DNA from: Myxococcota bacterium
Lineage (GTDB): Bacteria > Myxococcota > XYA12-FULL-58-9 > JABJBS01
Length of the DNA: 64,000 bases
NCBI GenBank assembly: GCA_036339465.1
Contig: JAYZAY010000064.1
Location: 1-64,000 of the forward strand
Direction of reading: 5' to 3'
The position numbers and the translations under genes were made by a program. Each line of letters opens with the position of its first letter. Position 1 is the stretch's first letter. The notes under the pieces were generated by a model. The model had not been told where the DNA came from, did no database searches, and worked only from the letters and a program-made list of their open reading frames with translations. This document shows, piece by piece, positions 28,978 through 39,082 of the stretch.

Positions 28978-31386
28978 ATGTTGAAAAATCGAGCCCAAGT
29001 TATTCTCGACCAGCCACTTCCGGTCCTGGACTACGAAATCCCAGAAAAATTGAACGAAGGACTTGAGGTTGGCCAAGCGGTTAAAGTCCCGCTAGGAAAC
29101 CGGCAAACCCTCGGGTACGTGACTCAAATCAACCACAATCCCAAACCCGTCGATTTTAAACTGAAGGAAATTACAAAACTTGAGGAAAACCGTCGCTCAC
29201 TTCCAAGCCCCCTCCTAAAATTGGTCATTTTCGCAGCGGATTATTATCAGATACCTCACGGTGAAATGTTAAACGCAATCCTGCCTCAGACTGCGCGCAC
29301 CCCATCTTACAAGTACATTCTAACAGACCTTCCCGTGGAAAATGCACCTGGAAGAATCACAGATAAAGATGCCCTCATCTTGGAGCTCGGGGAAAAATAT
29401 CCGAATGGCTTCACCGTGATAAGCGCAGAACAGCAGCTAAAATCCAAACGCACCCCTGCGCTACAAAGGCTAAAGCGTCTAGAACAAAAGGGATTACTGG
29501 AACGAATCACAAAAAAAGCCGGCCCCCGCAAACTCAAGGCCTATCAAAGAATAATTTCTGACCTGGCTTTGAAAGAATTACCGCCCACGGAACAAGAAAT
29601 CCTGGAACAATTCTCCACTGACTCACCCATCACGGTAGCAGCAATCCTACCGCAACTCCCAAATGCGTACCCAAAACTCCGAAAGCTTGAAGCAAAAGGA
29701 TACTTGCAGTCTCACCTTCTTACTCAGAGTATCCGTCCACCTGACTGGGCGCGTCTCACCCAAAAAGAACCATTAGAACTAACCTCAAATCAACAACAAG
29801 CACTTTCTATGATCGAAAACCTACGGAAAGGAGCGTTGTTTACCCCCTGTCTCCTTCACGGCGTCACCGGGAGCGGCAAAACTGAAGTTTATCTACGCCT
29901 CATTGAAAAATGTTTATTTCAATCCAAAACCGCATTGGTCTTGGTTCCCGAAATCGCATTGACACCCCAACTTACTGCTTTATTCCAACAACGTTTTGGT
30001 GACCAAGTCGCAACTTTTCACTCTGGGCTAACCCCGGCACAGCGGCGCGATGAATGGGATAGGATATGGCGTGGTGATGCATCCATTGGGGTGGGGGCTC
30101 GGAGCGCACTATTCTTACCCATCCGAAACCTCGACCTGATCGTCGTGGATGAAGAGCACGAAACATCTTACAAGCAAGACGAAACACCCCACTACCACGC
30201 ACGGGATTTAGCCATCTATCGAGCCAAACTGGAAGGTGCCCAAATTGTCCTGGGTTCGGCCACTCCATCTCTGGAGTCCTACCAAAATTCTCAAAAGAAA
30301 CGATATCACTACCAACCCATGGGACAACGCGTTCATAGTCGCCCTTTGCCTCCTGTGGAGCTACTTTCGCTCAGAGAGGAACCTCGAGTTGGATCAGGTA
30401 TCTTTACCAATACGATGCTTACGCAGATTGAAACCACGCTCCAAAATGATAATCAAGTAATCCTTTTCTTGAATCGGCGTGGCTACGCATCTTGTGTGAC
30501 TTGCCAAGAATGCGGGTTTTGTTTTCAATGTCCCGCTTGTGAAGTCAGCTTGACCCTCCACCGTCAAAAAGGGCTCCTCCTCTGCCATTACTGTGCGTTC
30601 GAACAGATGGTTTTGGACAAATGCCCTGATTGCCAAAGTGAAAGCTTAAGGGGATCGGGAATGGGCACCGAGAAGATTGAAATGGAAATACGAAGTTTTC
30701 TCGGTCCAAACTTGGGTATTGTAAGGTTGGACCGAGATACAACCCAGTCCCGTAACAAACTGCGCGAAACCATCGAAACATTTCGCAGCGGCGAAGCCCA
30801 GGTGTTGATCGGAACTCAGATGGTAACCAAAGGACACGATTTTCACAATGTTACGCTCGTAGGTGTTATCGCAGCAGATGCGAGTCTCAACTTTCCTGAT
30901 TTCAGAGCAGCGGAAAGAACTTTCCAACTATTAACCCAAGTAGCGGGAAGAGCGGGAAGAGGCAGCCAAGAGGGAAAAGTACTTTTTCAGACCTACGACC
31001 CCGAACACTACGCAATCAGATATGCTGCCGAACACGACTACGAAAAATTCGTAAAAGAAGAACTCACTTTTCGGAAAGAGCTGGGGTATCCTCCGTTCGG
31101 ATATCTCGCCTTAATACGCGTGGAATCACCGGACCAAAATATGGCCATGGCCGAAGCCAATGCGGTCGCTGAAACCCTTGGAAAAGCATGGCTCTCGATA
31201 GAAGACGTGGAAATCTTGGGCCCCGCCCCTGCCCCATTGGCCAGACTTCGGGAAGCATGGCGATTCCAGATTCTCCTCAAAGCCAAAACTCGTCGGGCCT
31301 TACAATCTATCCTAAGAGCCCTACCAAATCGGCAGCAAACTGGTGCAAAACGAATTGTTGATATAGATCCAATCAGTATGTTGTAA
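28978..31386 (+). CDS. priA: Primosomal protein N'
   Basis: GVTGSGKTE, DEEH, SATPS, four CxxC, QVAGRAGR. Confidence 0.97.
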   Translation: MLKNRAQVILDQPLPVLDYEIPEKLNEGLEVGQAVKVPLGNRQTLGYVTQINHNPKPVDFKLKEITKLEENRRSLPSPLLKLVIFAADYYQIPHGEMLNAILPQTARTPSYKYILTDLPVENAPGRITDKDALILELGEKYPNGFTVISAEQQLKSKRTPALQRLKRLEQKGLLERITKKAGPRKLKAYQRIISDLALKELPPTEQEILEQFSTDSPITVAAILPQLPNAYPKLRKLEAKGYLQSHLLTQSIRPPDWARLTQKEPLELTSNQQQALSMIENLRKGALFTPCLLHGVTGSGKTEVYLRLIEKCLFQSKTALVLVPEIALTPQLTALFQQRFGDQVATFHSGLTPAQRRDEWDRIWRGDASIGVGARSALFLPIRNLDLIVVDEEHETSYKQDETPHYHARDLAIYRAKLEGAQIVLGSATPSLESYQNSQKKRYHYQPMGQRVHSRPLPPVELLSLREEPRVGSGIFTNTMLTQIETTLQNDNQVILFLNRRGYASCVTCQECGFCFQCPACEVSLTLHRQKGLLLCHYCAFEQMVLDKCPDCQSESLRGSGMGTEKIEMEIRSFLGPNLGIVRLDRDTTQSRNKLRETIETFRSGEAQVLIGTQMVTKGHDFHNVTLVGVIAADASLNFPDFRAAERTFQLLTQVAGRAGRGSQEGKVLFQTYDPEHYAIRYAAEHDYEKFVKEELTFRKELGYPPFGYLALIRVESPDQNMAMAEANAVAETLGKAWLSIEDVEILGPAPAPLARLREAWRFQILLKAKTRRALQSILRALPNRQQTGAKRIVDIDPISML

Positions 31387-31405
31387 GCTTTCAGATTGGT
31401 TAGAT

Positions 31406-34400
31406 ATGGCAAAAAACGTTCTTGTTCTTAATGATGCCGACAACTCACTCGGTGAACTGATTCAGGCGCTGCAAAAGGCGGGCTATACAGCCTATTCTTC
31501 GGACAATGCGGACGCTTGCATTGATCTCTTCGATGAAATTAAGCCCAAAGCACTCTATATGAGCCTCTTAACCATTGGAGTACTCGATTCATTACAAGTC
31601 ATTCGCATGGATCCCGACGGTGCGAATATCACAATTGCCTTTCTAGGAACCGGCAAAGAAGGCATTAAGAATGACAAAGCAGCCAAAGCCCGTGGTGGCG
31701 ATGCATTCTACAAATTCCCCCCCGACATCAGTTCAATCCTAGGAGATACCCGAAAATGGATCGGTGCTGGAGAAAAAGACGCGCCCCTACCCACTCTATC
31801 TGGTGGTGAACCACCACTCGAAGAAGCACCTCCCCCAACAGAAGAAGCCGTAGAACCACCCCCTGAAGAAACCGGAGCAGAAGAGACCCTAGCAGAAGCT
31901 GCCGACCAGCTTCTTGAGGAAATCACCGAAGAGCTGCCCCCCGCCCCCGAGCCAGAGGACTCCACGGTTGCCAAAGCAACGGCCGAGTCAGCGCAAGAAG
32001 ACGAAATTGTCCCGCTCGCAGAAAAGATCCCCAAGTTAGAAGAGACACCCTCCGAAAAAAAACCTGGTGCTGAAGCTCCTTCGACAACAGATTCCTCGGC
32101 GACAGAAGACGCCGCAACAGTTTCACCAGCAACAGAAGACGCCGCACCGGACTCGCCAGTAACAGAAGACGCCGCACCAGACTCGACAGTAACAAAAGCC
32201 GCCGCACCGGACTCGACAGCAATAGATTCGCCAGCAACAGAAGACGCCGCACCAGACTCGACAGAAACAGATTCGACAGCAATAGATTCGCCAGCAATAG
32301 AAGACGCCGCACCAGAAACTAGCACAGAAAGCCCAGAGTCAACGTCTGCTACCGAAACGCCTCCAAGAGAGAGCGGCACTGCATCAACTGAAGGCACGCC
32401 CACAACAGAACCGAGCGCCCCCACCGAAACAGCGCCCAGCCCTAAAGCGGAAGCCCAAATCCAAGAGCTAAAAGAAAGACTTGAGAAGGTTCAAAACGAA
32501 CTGGGCGTTTTCAAACAGCTTGCAGAGGTCGCAGAACAAGACTTAACCTCTCAAAAAGAGCAAGTCGAAAAACTTATGGAGGACGTTTCAACTCTAGAAT
32601 CCGACAAAGCCTCCTTAGAAGAAAAACGAAAAGAAGAAGAAACCCTAAGGCAAGTGAGCCATGAAGCCCTCGAAGAGTCCAAGAAAGCATCAATCGCAAT
32701 CGCCGAACAATTAAATGATGAAACAAAACGACGTGAAGGACTCGAAAAAGAGCTCGAGAAATCAAATCAGGATATAGGAAAGCTGCGTTCGGAAATCTCC
32801 AACCTCCAGCAACATCAATCCCAACTAGAACATAGTCAGGCAAACACATCGGATTCCTTGAATAAACTAAGAAATTCGCTCGAAGAAGAGCAAGCTAGAG
32901 CCCAAAAATCCCAAAAAGATGCCGTGGATACAATTCACTTCCTCAAAGAAGAACGGGAGAAACTAACCCGAGAACTTGAAGACCTTCATCGCGACCTTAA
33001 TTCAAAAAATGACAGGTCGCGCCTCAGAGAACAACAATACTCGCTGGAAAGAGAAAAAATCATCACGGATATCCGTAAGCAAACCGAGGACAATATCCGA
33101 AATGAATTGGTACAACAGGCCCGGTACCGATCACTGTATAAAGAACTCCATCCAGAATGGGATGGCGCCCCCCCGGATGTCATTCTCAGTGACTGGAGAC
33201 AGGTAAAAACTGATATTTCTAGTCACAGACATTACGCCAATCCCGCTACCTCCAGTATGACCCCTCTTCACGGGGTCCCCCCTGTCCCTGGGCCATCACT
33301 CCCAGGACAACCGGAACGACACCCCAGGCCGGGTGACGAACTGACAGGCACTCAACTTAAAGCCCCCGTACCCAGCAACGGCCATCTAGATGGCCCCAAC
33401 GATATTGCATTGCTCTTCACCAAGTTTTGGTGGGAACAAATAACAGGTCGCATTGATTTCTTGCGCGGCTCGGAACAAAAAGTAATCTACCTCCAAAGCG
33501 GTAAACCTATCGATGCTTACTCAAATCAGCCCGGTGATTCCCTAGCTCATTACTTAATGCGTCGAGGCAAACTTTCAAGAAATCAATATTTACAAGCCCA
33601 ACCAATCCCGCCACGAGGCACCCGAACCCAAGCGGCCAGTCTAGCCGAAATGGGCCTACTCAAGCCCGAAGAACTGGTTGCATGCGTGTCTGATCACCTA
33701 CGGGAAATTGTTTGGTCACTTTTCAGCTGGGAAAGTGGTGAATTCACTTATTATTTCGAAAACCCAGATGGCTCGGAACTTAAGACAATTCCGGAAGATC
33801 CGCGAACCTTAATCCTCGAAGGTATTCGGAGAAAATATGAGTATCCAAGACAAACTGCGGTAATCGGCCCATCAAGTACGGTGATGAAGTGGGCATCGGG
33901 CCAACCCGGAACGGTACCGTGGCTACCCAGTCAATTTCAAGATGCCCGGATTTTAAAACGCTTTGACGGCAAGCACACACTCTCGGACATAGTACTGGAA
34001 ACCGGAATGCCCAGCGATATGATTTATCCGCTGGCAATCACGCTCTACACCCTTGGCACCCTCGAACTCAGAATCCGCGGTACAGAAACATCTCAAGTCA
34101 CCATGGACCCGAAAATTCAGTCTATGGAGTTCTCTCGTATCCAGAATAAGCTAGAGGAAATACGACAAGCCGATTATTTCACCATTTTAGGTTTAACCCC
34201 CAGAGCAACCCCATTTGAAATTGACGCAGCATTTCGTCAAGTAATGAATGACTTCTCCCCCACCGCCTTTACGCCCCAAACCAGCGAAAAAGAACAGGGC
34301 AGCATGGCTGAAATTAGCCGAGGTATTCACGAAGCCTATGAAGTCCTAAAAAATGACCGCCTACGGATGGCCTATGCCCGTAACCTCCCGGCCTCACAAC

Positions 34401-34414
34401 CCTCCCGCCATTAA
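31406..34414 (+). CDS. Multidomain protein: atypical receiver, acidic repeat linker, coiled coil, DUF4388-like, J-like domain
   Basis: N-terminal REC-like fold; heptad region; TGRIDF...IYLQSG...LFSWESGEF...LILEGIRR; DYFTILG...EAYEVL. Confidence 0.75.
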   Translation: MAKNVLVLNDADNSLGELIQALQKAGYTAYSSDNADACIDLFDEIKPKALYMSLLTIGVLDSLQVIRMDPDGANITIAFLGTGKEGIKNDKAAKARGGDAFYKFPPDISSILGDTRKWIGAGEKDAPLPTLSGGEPPLEEAPPPTEEAVEPPPEETGAEETLAEAADQLLEEITEELPPAPEPEDSTVAKATAESAQEDEIVPLAEKIPKLEETPSEKKPGAEAPSTTDSSATEDAATVSPATEDAAPDSPVTEDAAPDSTVTKAAAPDSTAIDSPATEDAAPDSTETDSTAIDSPAIEDAAPETSTESPESTSATETPPRESGTASTEGTPTTEPSAPTETAPSPKAEAQIQELKERLEKVQNELGVFKQLAEVAEQDLTSQKEQVEKLMEDVSTLESDKASLEEKRKEEETLRQVSHEALEESKKASIAIAEQLNDETKRREGLEKELEKSNQDIGKLRSEISNLQQHQSQLEHSQANTSDSLNKLRNSLEEEQARAQKSQKDAVDTIHFLKEEREKLTRELEDLHRDLNSKNDRSRLREQQYSLEREKIITDIRKQTEDNIRNELVQQARYRSLYKELHPEWDGAPPDVILSDWRQVKTDISSHRHYANPATSSMTPLHGVPPVPGPSLPGQPERHPRPGDELTGTQLKAPVPSNGHLDGPNDIALLFTKFWWEQITGRIDFLRGSEQKVIYLQSGKPIDAYSNQPGDSLAHYLMRRGKLSRNQYLQAQPIPPRGTRTQAASLAEMGLLKPEELVACVSDHLREIVWSLFSWESGEFTYYFENPDGSELKTIPEDPRTLILEGIRRKYEYPRQTAVIGPSSTVMKWASGQPGTVPWLPSQFQDARILKRFDGKHTLSDIVLETGMPSDMIYPLAITLYTLGTLELRIRGTETSQVTMDPKIQSMEFSRIQNKLEEIRQADYFTILGLTPRATPFEIDAAFRQVMNDFSPTAFTPQTSEKEQGSMAEISRGIHEAYEVLKNDRLRMAYARNLPASQPSRH
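32099..32316 (+). repeat. Coding 30-bp/15-bp modular tandem repeats (TEDAAPDSP)
   Basis: Recurring ACAGAAGACGCCGCACC(A/G)GACTCG and ACAGCAATAGATTCG. Confidence 0.85.
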
Positions 34415-34515
34415 GTTTGGCGTCGACTTTTCACCAAAAAACGCTGAAGATATAAGGAGAACTTGACGCACTTAGCCGATGGTGTCATGGCGGTCGTTAA
34501 AGGAGTTTGCTAATC

Positions 34516-35100
34516 ATGGCGATACGAAAAATTTGTATTTGGCCGGATCCTGCCCTCGCAGAGATTGCACAGCCCGTCACACAGTTTGATTCAGAGCTTA
34601 AAACACTCGTCTTAGATCTGTTTGATACCATGTATGAAGCGAACGGGGTCGGTTTGGCCGCAACCCAGGTGGCCGTGAATTTAAGGGTGCTCGTAATCGA
34701 CCTGGACCCCAATAACTCGGCCGAGGACGACCCAGAAGTTCAAGAGGAACTTGAGTCATTTAATTACAACGGCCCAAAAGAATTTATCAACCCTGAAATC
34801 CGACGAAAAGAGGGTAGTCTTACCTGGGAAGAAGGTTGCCTCTCGGTCCCCGGCTATACCGACAAAGTCGAACGAGCAGAACATGTAACCGTGCGCGCCC
34901 AAAACCGAGAAGGCGAAACATTTGAACTGGCTGCTTCTGGACTCTACGCCGTAGCCATTCAACATGAAATGGACCATCTCGTGGGTAAGGTTTTCGTGGA
35001 ATATTCCTCCCGAATGAAACGCGACATGGCCAGGAAGAAAATGGTCAGACTGAAAAGCTCGGGCATCGATGACGGCGTGGTCGCCGCCGCCAACCTTTAA
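34516..35100 (+). CDS. def: Peptide deformylase
   Basis: GVGLAATQ, EGCLSVP, QHEMDH. Confidence 0.97.
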   Translation: MAIRKICIWPDPALAEIAQPVTQFDSELKTLVLDLFDTMYEANGVGLAATQVAVNLRVLVIDLDPNNSAEDDPEVQEELESFNYNGPKEFINPEIRRKEGSLTWEEGCLSVPGYTDKVERAEHVTVRAQNREGETFELAASGLYAVAIQHEMDHLVGKVFVEYSSRMKRDMARKKMVRLKSSGIDDGVVAAANL

Positions 35101-35146
35101 ATTCAATTACCGACCACACAACTCAATCACAGGAATTCCTAAGTCC

Positions 35147-36109
35147 ATGAGTGCACCATTCCGAATGATAATGATGGGTTCACCTGATTTTGCCGTGCCC
35201 ACCCTGAGAGAAATCTTAAAAGACCCCACAAAATTTGAAGTGATTTTAGTTATCACCCAACCAGACAAAAAGGCTGGTCGCGGCCGAAAAGTGTTGCCCT
35301 GCCCCATGGCCAAATTCGGCGAGAGTAAGGACTTGGTGGTCGCTAAGCCCAAGACCCTAAGAAACAAGGACTTCCAAGAAGAGCTCAGGCAACTCAATCC
35401 CGACTTTATCGTTGTGGCAGCCTACGGTAAAATACTACCCCAAGAAGTTTTGAGTATACCAAAATTTGGCTGCATAAATGTTCACGCATCCCTCCTCCCT
35501 CAATACCGGGGTGCATCCCCAGTCGCCCACGCAATTCTAGGGGGAGATTCAACCACTGGTGTCTCCATCATGGGGATGACTGAAGGCTTGGATGAAGGGC
35601 CCATCTTTGCAACAAACACGTGCAAAATCACGGACAACCATACCCGGATTTCTCTCACCCAAGAACTCGCAGAAATAGGCGCAAACCTACTTACCGACAC
35701 CCTTCCCGCCATAGCCAATGGTACTCTTCAAGGAATACCTCAACCCGAACATGGTTCCAGCTACGCCCGAAAAATCGACAAGCCCGATGGCCTCCTAGAT
35801 TTCTCGAAGTCGGCCGTTGATTTAGAGCGTCAAATCAGAGCCTTCAACCCTTGGCCTGGTACCTTCACCTTCCTCAAGAACCAGAGAGTGAGAATCCATG
35901 CCGCAACCACTTCTAGTACCCAACACCCAGAACGGCCGGGTCACGTATACGCAATAGATAAAGCCGGTATCAGTGTAACCTGTGGTTTCGGCTCACTAAA
36001 CATTACTCAAATCCAACCAGAAGGAAAGAAAAACATGGATGCATCCTCCTGGGTAGCGGGACGAGGAATTGCCGTTGGAAACTGCTTCGGTATGACGGCC
36101 GACGCATAA
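35147..36109 (+). CDS. fmt: Methionyl-tRNA formyltransferase
   Basis: MGSPDFA, TQPD, INVHASLLPQYRGASP; follows def. Confidence 0.97.
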   Translation: MSAPFRMIMMGSPDFAVPTLREILKDPTKFEVILVITQPDKKAGRGRKVLPCPMAKFGESKDLVVAKPKTLRNKDFQEELRQLNPDFIVVAAYGKILPQEVLSIPKFGCINVHASLLPQYRGASPVAHAILGGDSTTGVSIMGMTEGLDEGPIFATNTCKITDNHTRISLTQELAEIGANLLTDTLPAIANGTLQGIPQPEHGSSYARKIDKPDGLLDFSKSAVDLERQIRAFNPWPGTFTFLKNQRVRIHAATTSSTQHPERPGHVYAIDKAGISVTCGFGSLNITQIQPEGKKNMDASSWVAGRGIAVGNCFGMTADA

Positions 36110-36210
36110 ATAAAATCGTTTGCAGCAATCCAAGAAAGGCGATATCCATAGCTAATAAAGGGGCCAAAACTTGTTTTGTATCCCCGTCAACATTCCCGAG
36201 GCATCTTAAA

Positions 36211-36540
36211 ATGAGTGACTCTGATTTAAAAACATTTAAAATTGGTGATACCCATCAACCGACGGTTGCTGCCTCTGCTTCCCATCGGGCATCACAAGCC
36301 GCAAAAGGGAAGCCAACCGTGGGCTTCCCTAGACTCGAAAAGCTATTGGAAACGGAAACGGCCGAAACCGTCGACACAAAAATGAACGCAATCTTAACCA
36401 ATTTGGGCAATTTAGAATCCCAAGCCGACAGCCCCAAAGAAAAAGCGTGCGCTAAAAGAGCGACAGCAGCAGTATCTCAAGCCCATGAAATGCTTATATT
36501 TCTTTACGAAACCAAAAGCCTGGTGACACCCGGTGGCTGA
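36211..36540 (+). CDS. Small helical protein, candidate YscE-like needle co-chaperone
   Basis: Helix-hairpin pattern RLEKLL...NAILTNL...AVSQAHEML; directly before the needle-like gene. Confidence 0.5.
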   Translation: MSDSDLKTFKIGDTHQPTVAASASHRASQAAKGKPTVGFPRLEKLLETETAETVDTKMNAILTNLGNLESQADSPKEKACAKRATAAVSQAHEMLIFLYETKSLVTPGG

Positions 36541-36652
36541 AAAAAGTCAAAGCCCCTGTATTTTTTAACCGAAAGCCTTCGGGCTTGCTAATGTCACTAC
36601 GAGCGACGAAAATTCAACAAAGCTCAAAGAACTGAAACCACGGAGTTTTGCA

Positions 36653-37132
36653 ATGACAAACATTAAGAACAATTCAATAGGCAACCAAGTAGACGTCAAC
36701 AAAAGCCGTGCTCGACAAACACAGAATGCATCAAAGAGCTTTGCTTCAGCAGTAGCCAATACAACTGCGGGGGTAGCACGCTCTGTGGGTGCCGTGGTAC
36801 CTGGAGGCTCTATCTTAACTGCTGCAGCTAGTTCCATTCAAAACTCTGTCGGTTCACCTAACGCACGAAATGTAAGCTTGGCTGGAACAACTACAACATC
36901 CTCAACCAATGACACATTTTCCGCAGTCAACGAGCTCGCTGCAAGCGGCGACTCTTCTGCCACAATGTTTAACGCTACCAAAGAGCTACAAGAACTCAAC
37001 CAGCAATTTAACCTAGAATATTTGAATCTCCAGCAAGAAATGCAGGGAGAAAACCGAAAATTCAGTGCTATTTCTAACGTCATGAAAACCAAGCATGACA
37101 CTGCCAAGGGTATGATTCAGAACGTACGATAA
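36653..37132 (+). CDS. Candidate T3SS needle/filament subunit (SctF-like)
   Basis: C-terminus YLNLQQEMQ...FSAISNVMKTKHDTAKGMIQNVR resembles PrgI/YscF C-terminal helices; Ser/Ala/Thr-rich N-terminus. Confidence 0.6.
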   Translation: MTNIKNNSIGNQVDVNKSRARQTQNASKSFASAVANTTAGVARSVGAVVPGGSILTAAASSIQNSVGSPNARNVSLAGTTTTSSTNDTFSAVNELAASGDSSATMFNATKELQELNQQFNLEYLNLQQEMQGENRKFSAISNVMKTKHDTAKGMIQNVR

Positions 37133-37158
37133 TGCCAAACAGTGTACGTCGCTCACTC

Positions 37159-37202
37159 CAAACGCCGCAGGTCGCTCATGCCACCTGCGGCGTTTGTGTT
37201 TT
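37159..37202 (+). terminator. Rho-independent terminator-like hairpin
   Basis: CAAACGCCGCAGGT-N10-ACCTGCGGCGTTTG followed by TGTTTT. Confidence 0.75.
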
Positions 37203-37282
37203 AACGGTACCTGTTTTAAAATTCTCCTGAGACCGCTAACGCATCGACCAGTGAACTGGCCCCGACGTAAGGACTAATTTAA

Positions 37283-37705
37283 ATGACAGATACGATATCG
37301 GATATAATTCAAGGAATAGTTCCCATCGAGCAAAAAGACCTAAGTCTACTTCTGGAGATAGGTTATTTCTACCTGGAGTTACAGAAGTTTAAAGAAGCGG
37401 AGGAAATTTTTAATGGAGTCGCAGCTTTGATCCCTCACAGCGAAATCCCGCACATAGCCTTGGGACATCTTTATTTTTCCCAAGGTCACTTCAACCCCGC
37501 ACTCAAAGCCAATAAAGCAGCCGTTCTGCTCAATACAGAGTCCGCGCCGGCCCACGCAGCTGTTGGAGAAGTCCTCTTCTTCCTAAAAAAACCGGACGAC
37601 GCAGTGACCGCGCTCAATAAAGCAATCCAATGTTCACCAGAAAGCCCTGCCGCAGAATTCGCTCAAGCGTTGCTTCACGCGAATGAAGTCGGCGTATTTG
37701 GTTAA
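37283..37705 (+). CDS. TPR T3SS chaperone (YscG/CdsG-like candidate)
   Basis: Three TPRs; LLLEIGY...EAEEIFNGV..LIPHSEIPHIALG. Confidence 0.75.
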   Translation: MTDTISDIIQGIVPIEQKDLSLLLEIGYFYLELQKFKEAEEIFNGVAALIPHSEIPHIALGHLYFSQGHFNPALKANKAAVLLNTESAPAHAAVGEVLFFLKKPDDAVTALNKAIQCSPESPAAEFAQALLHANEVGVFG

Positions 37706-37725
37706 TCGGTTAGAAGGAGTGAGCT

Positions 37726-38199
37726 ATGACAAAGGTTGGGGGCGGACCCAAGCCGCCGGTTCAAGTACCCATTCATGAACAAACGGGTAAAGCAGAGGAG
37801 CAAAAAGAGACAGCTAAAGGAGACGCTAAGGGGGCCCAAGTTCAGCGAGACCGATTCGAGGCATCTCGCTCTCCCCTAGCAAATCGCCTCCAAGCTCTCC
37901 AAGCACAACGGGGGACGGCCAAGCTACAATTCAGTAACGCTGAAATGGCCGAGTTGGTGAAAACTTTCGGCGCGATCCTTAAACAGAACCCACAAGCAGA
38001 CCGAAAAAAGAGAGCAAAATTGTTCGCGGAAGCATTGCTCAAGAAAAAGAAGAAATTTAAGAAATTCTTCAGTTCTGCTGCAGAACAAGATCTCGAAAAC
38101 CTCTTTGATGCCATAGCCGAGCAACTAGAGAGTTCACCTGTCTTTGCGCAGTTGGTTGACGACGTATCCGAAGAGTCCATTAAATTCGCAGGGAGTTGA
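37726..38199 (+). CDS. Hypothetical T3SS-associated protein
   Basis: AAGGAG SD; disordered N-terminus, helical C-terminus; stop 4 bp before the sigma gene. Confidence 0.7.
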   Translation: MTKVGGGPKPPVQVPIHEQTGKAEEQKETAKGDAKGAQVQRDRFEASRSPLANRLQALQAQRGTAKLQFSNAEMAELVKTFGAILKQNPQADRKKRAKLFAEALLKKKKKFKKFFSSAAEQDLENLFDAIAEQLESSPVFAQLVDDVSEESIKFAGS

Positions 38200-38203
38200 T
38201 ATC

Positions 38204-38956
38204 ATGAGTGGTTCACCCAGCTCCAATGCTCCAAGTAAAACAACCCAAGGCAAAGGGGCCAAAAAGAACATGGATTTCACCAATTCAAGGGCTGTGGTAG
38301 AGCAATACACTCCCTATGTTCGGTCAATCGCCACCAAAGCAAGCAGAAATCTTCCACCCGACATCGAACTTGATGACTTGGTCGGATATGGAATGGTCGG
38401 ACTTCTCGAAGCAGCCCAGCGATTCGATCCAGAAGCGGGTGCCAATTTCATGACATTTGCGTTCTACAGAATCAGGGGGGCCGTGTATGATGGCCTTCGT
38501 AGCATGGGTTGGATGAGCCGCACAGAATACGCCAAGGCCAGATTCGAAGAACGAGCCAACGAATATTTGGCCGCACTTGCCTTTGCCGAGGAAACAGGGG
38601 CTCAGGCTCCCGAAAATCCATTTGAAATTGCAGTGGAAGATTTGGCGGCGGCTGTTGAGGGTCTTGCTGCGGTATACCTTACCGCCATCGACGGAACGGA
38701 AGGACTCCAACTCGAAGATGATAAGAATCCCAAACCAGATGAGAAACTTGGACTTGAGCAAGCTCGATCTCTGGTTAGAAAGACAATTTCTAAGCTTGGT
38801 GGCCAAGAACGAACCCTAATGGAACTCTACTATTACAGTGAAATGAGTCTGCAAGAAGTCGGTGAAAAACTCGGACTCTCTAAAAGCTGGACAAGTCGGT
38901 TGCATAAACGAGTTATCGAAAAACTAAGACGGATATTGGATGACGAATTAGGCTAA
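38204..38956 (+). CDS. FliA/WhiG-family sigma factor
   Basis: DDLVGYGMVGLLEAAQRFDP, FAFYRIRGAVYDGLR, region 4 MSLQEVGEKLGLSKSWTSRLH; GGGAG SD. Confidence 0.92.
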   Translation: MSGSPSSNAPSKTTQGKGAKKNMDFTNSRAVVEQYTPYVRSIATKASRNLPPDIELDDLVGYGMVGLLEAAQRFDPEAGANFMTFAFYRIRGAVYDGLRSMGWMSRTEYAKARFEERANEYLAALAFAEETGAQAPENPFEIAVEDLAAAVEGLAAVYLTAIDGTEGLQLEDDKNPKPDEKLGLEQARSLVRKTISKLGGQERTLMELYYYSEMSLQEVGEKLGLSKSWTSRLHKRVIEKLRRILDDELG

Positions 38957-39082
38957 TTCTGTGACCATGATCTCGGTAAACCCATTATCACGTAAAGGGG
39001 CTATAGAAAAGCAGCCATTTTACATCCAATGTGGGTACTAATTATGAACAATGAATCTTTGATAAACGCTCGGAGGTAATCC

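Noticed and set aside
31708..32424. 238-aa and 129-aa minus-strand ORFs
   Set aside because: Antisense products of the low-complexity repeat linker
36545..36575. Sigma28-like promoter upstream of the needle-like gene (CAAA-N16-ACCGAAAG)
   Set aside because: Too many mismatches and off-spacing relative to TAAA-N15-GCCGATAA
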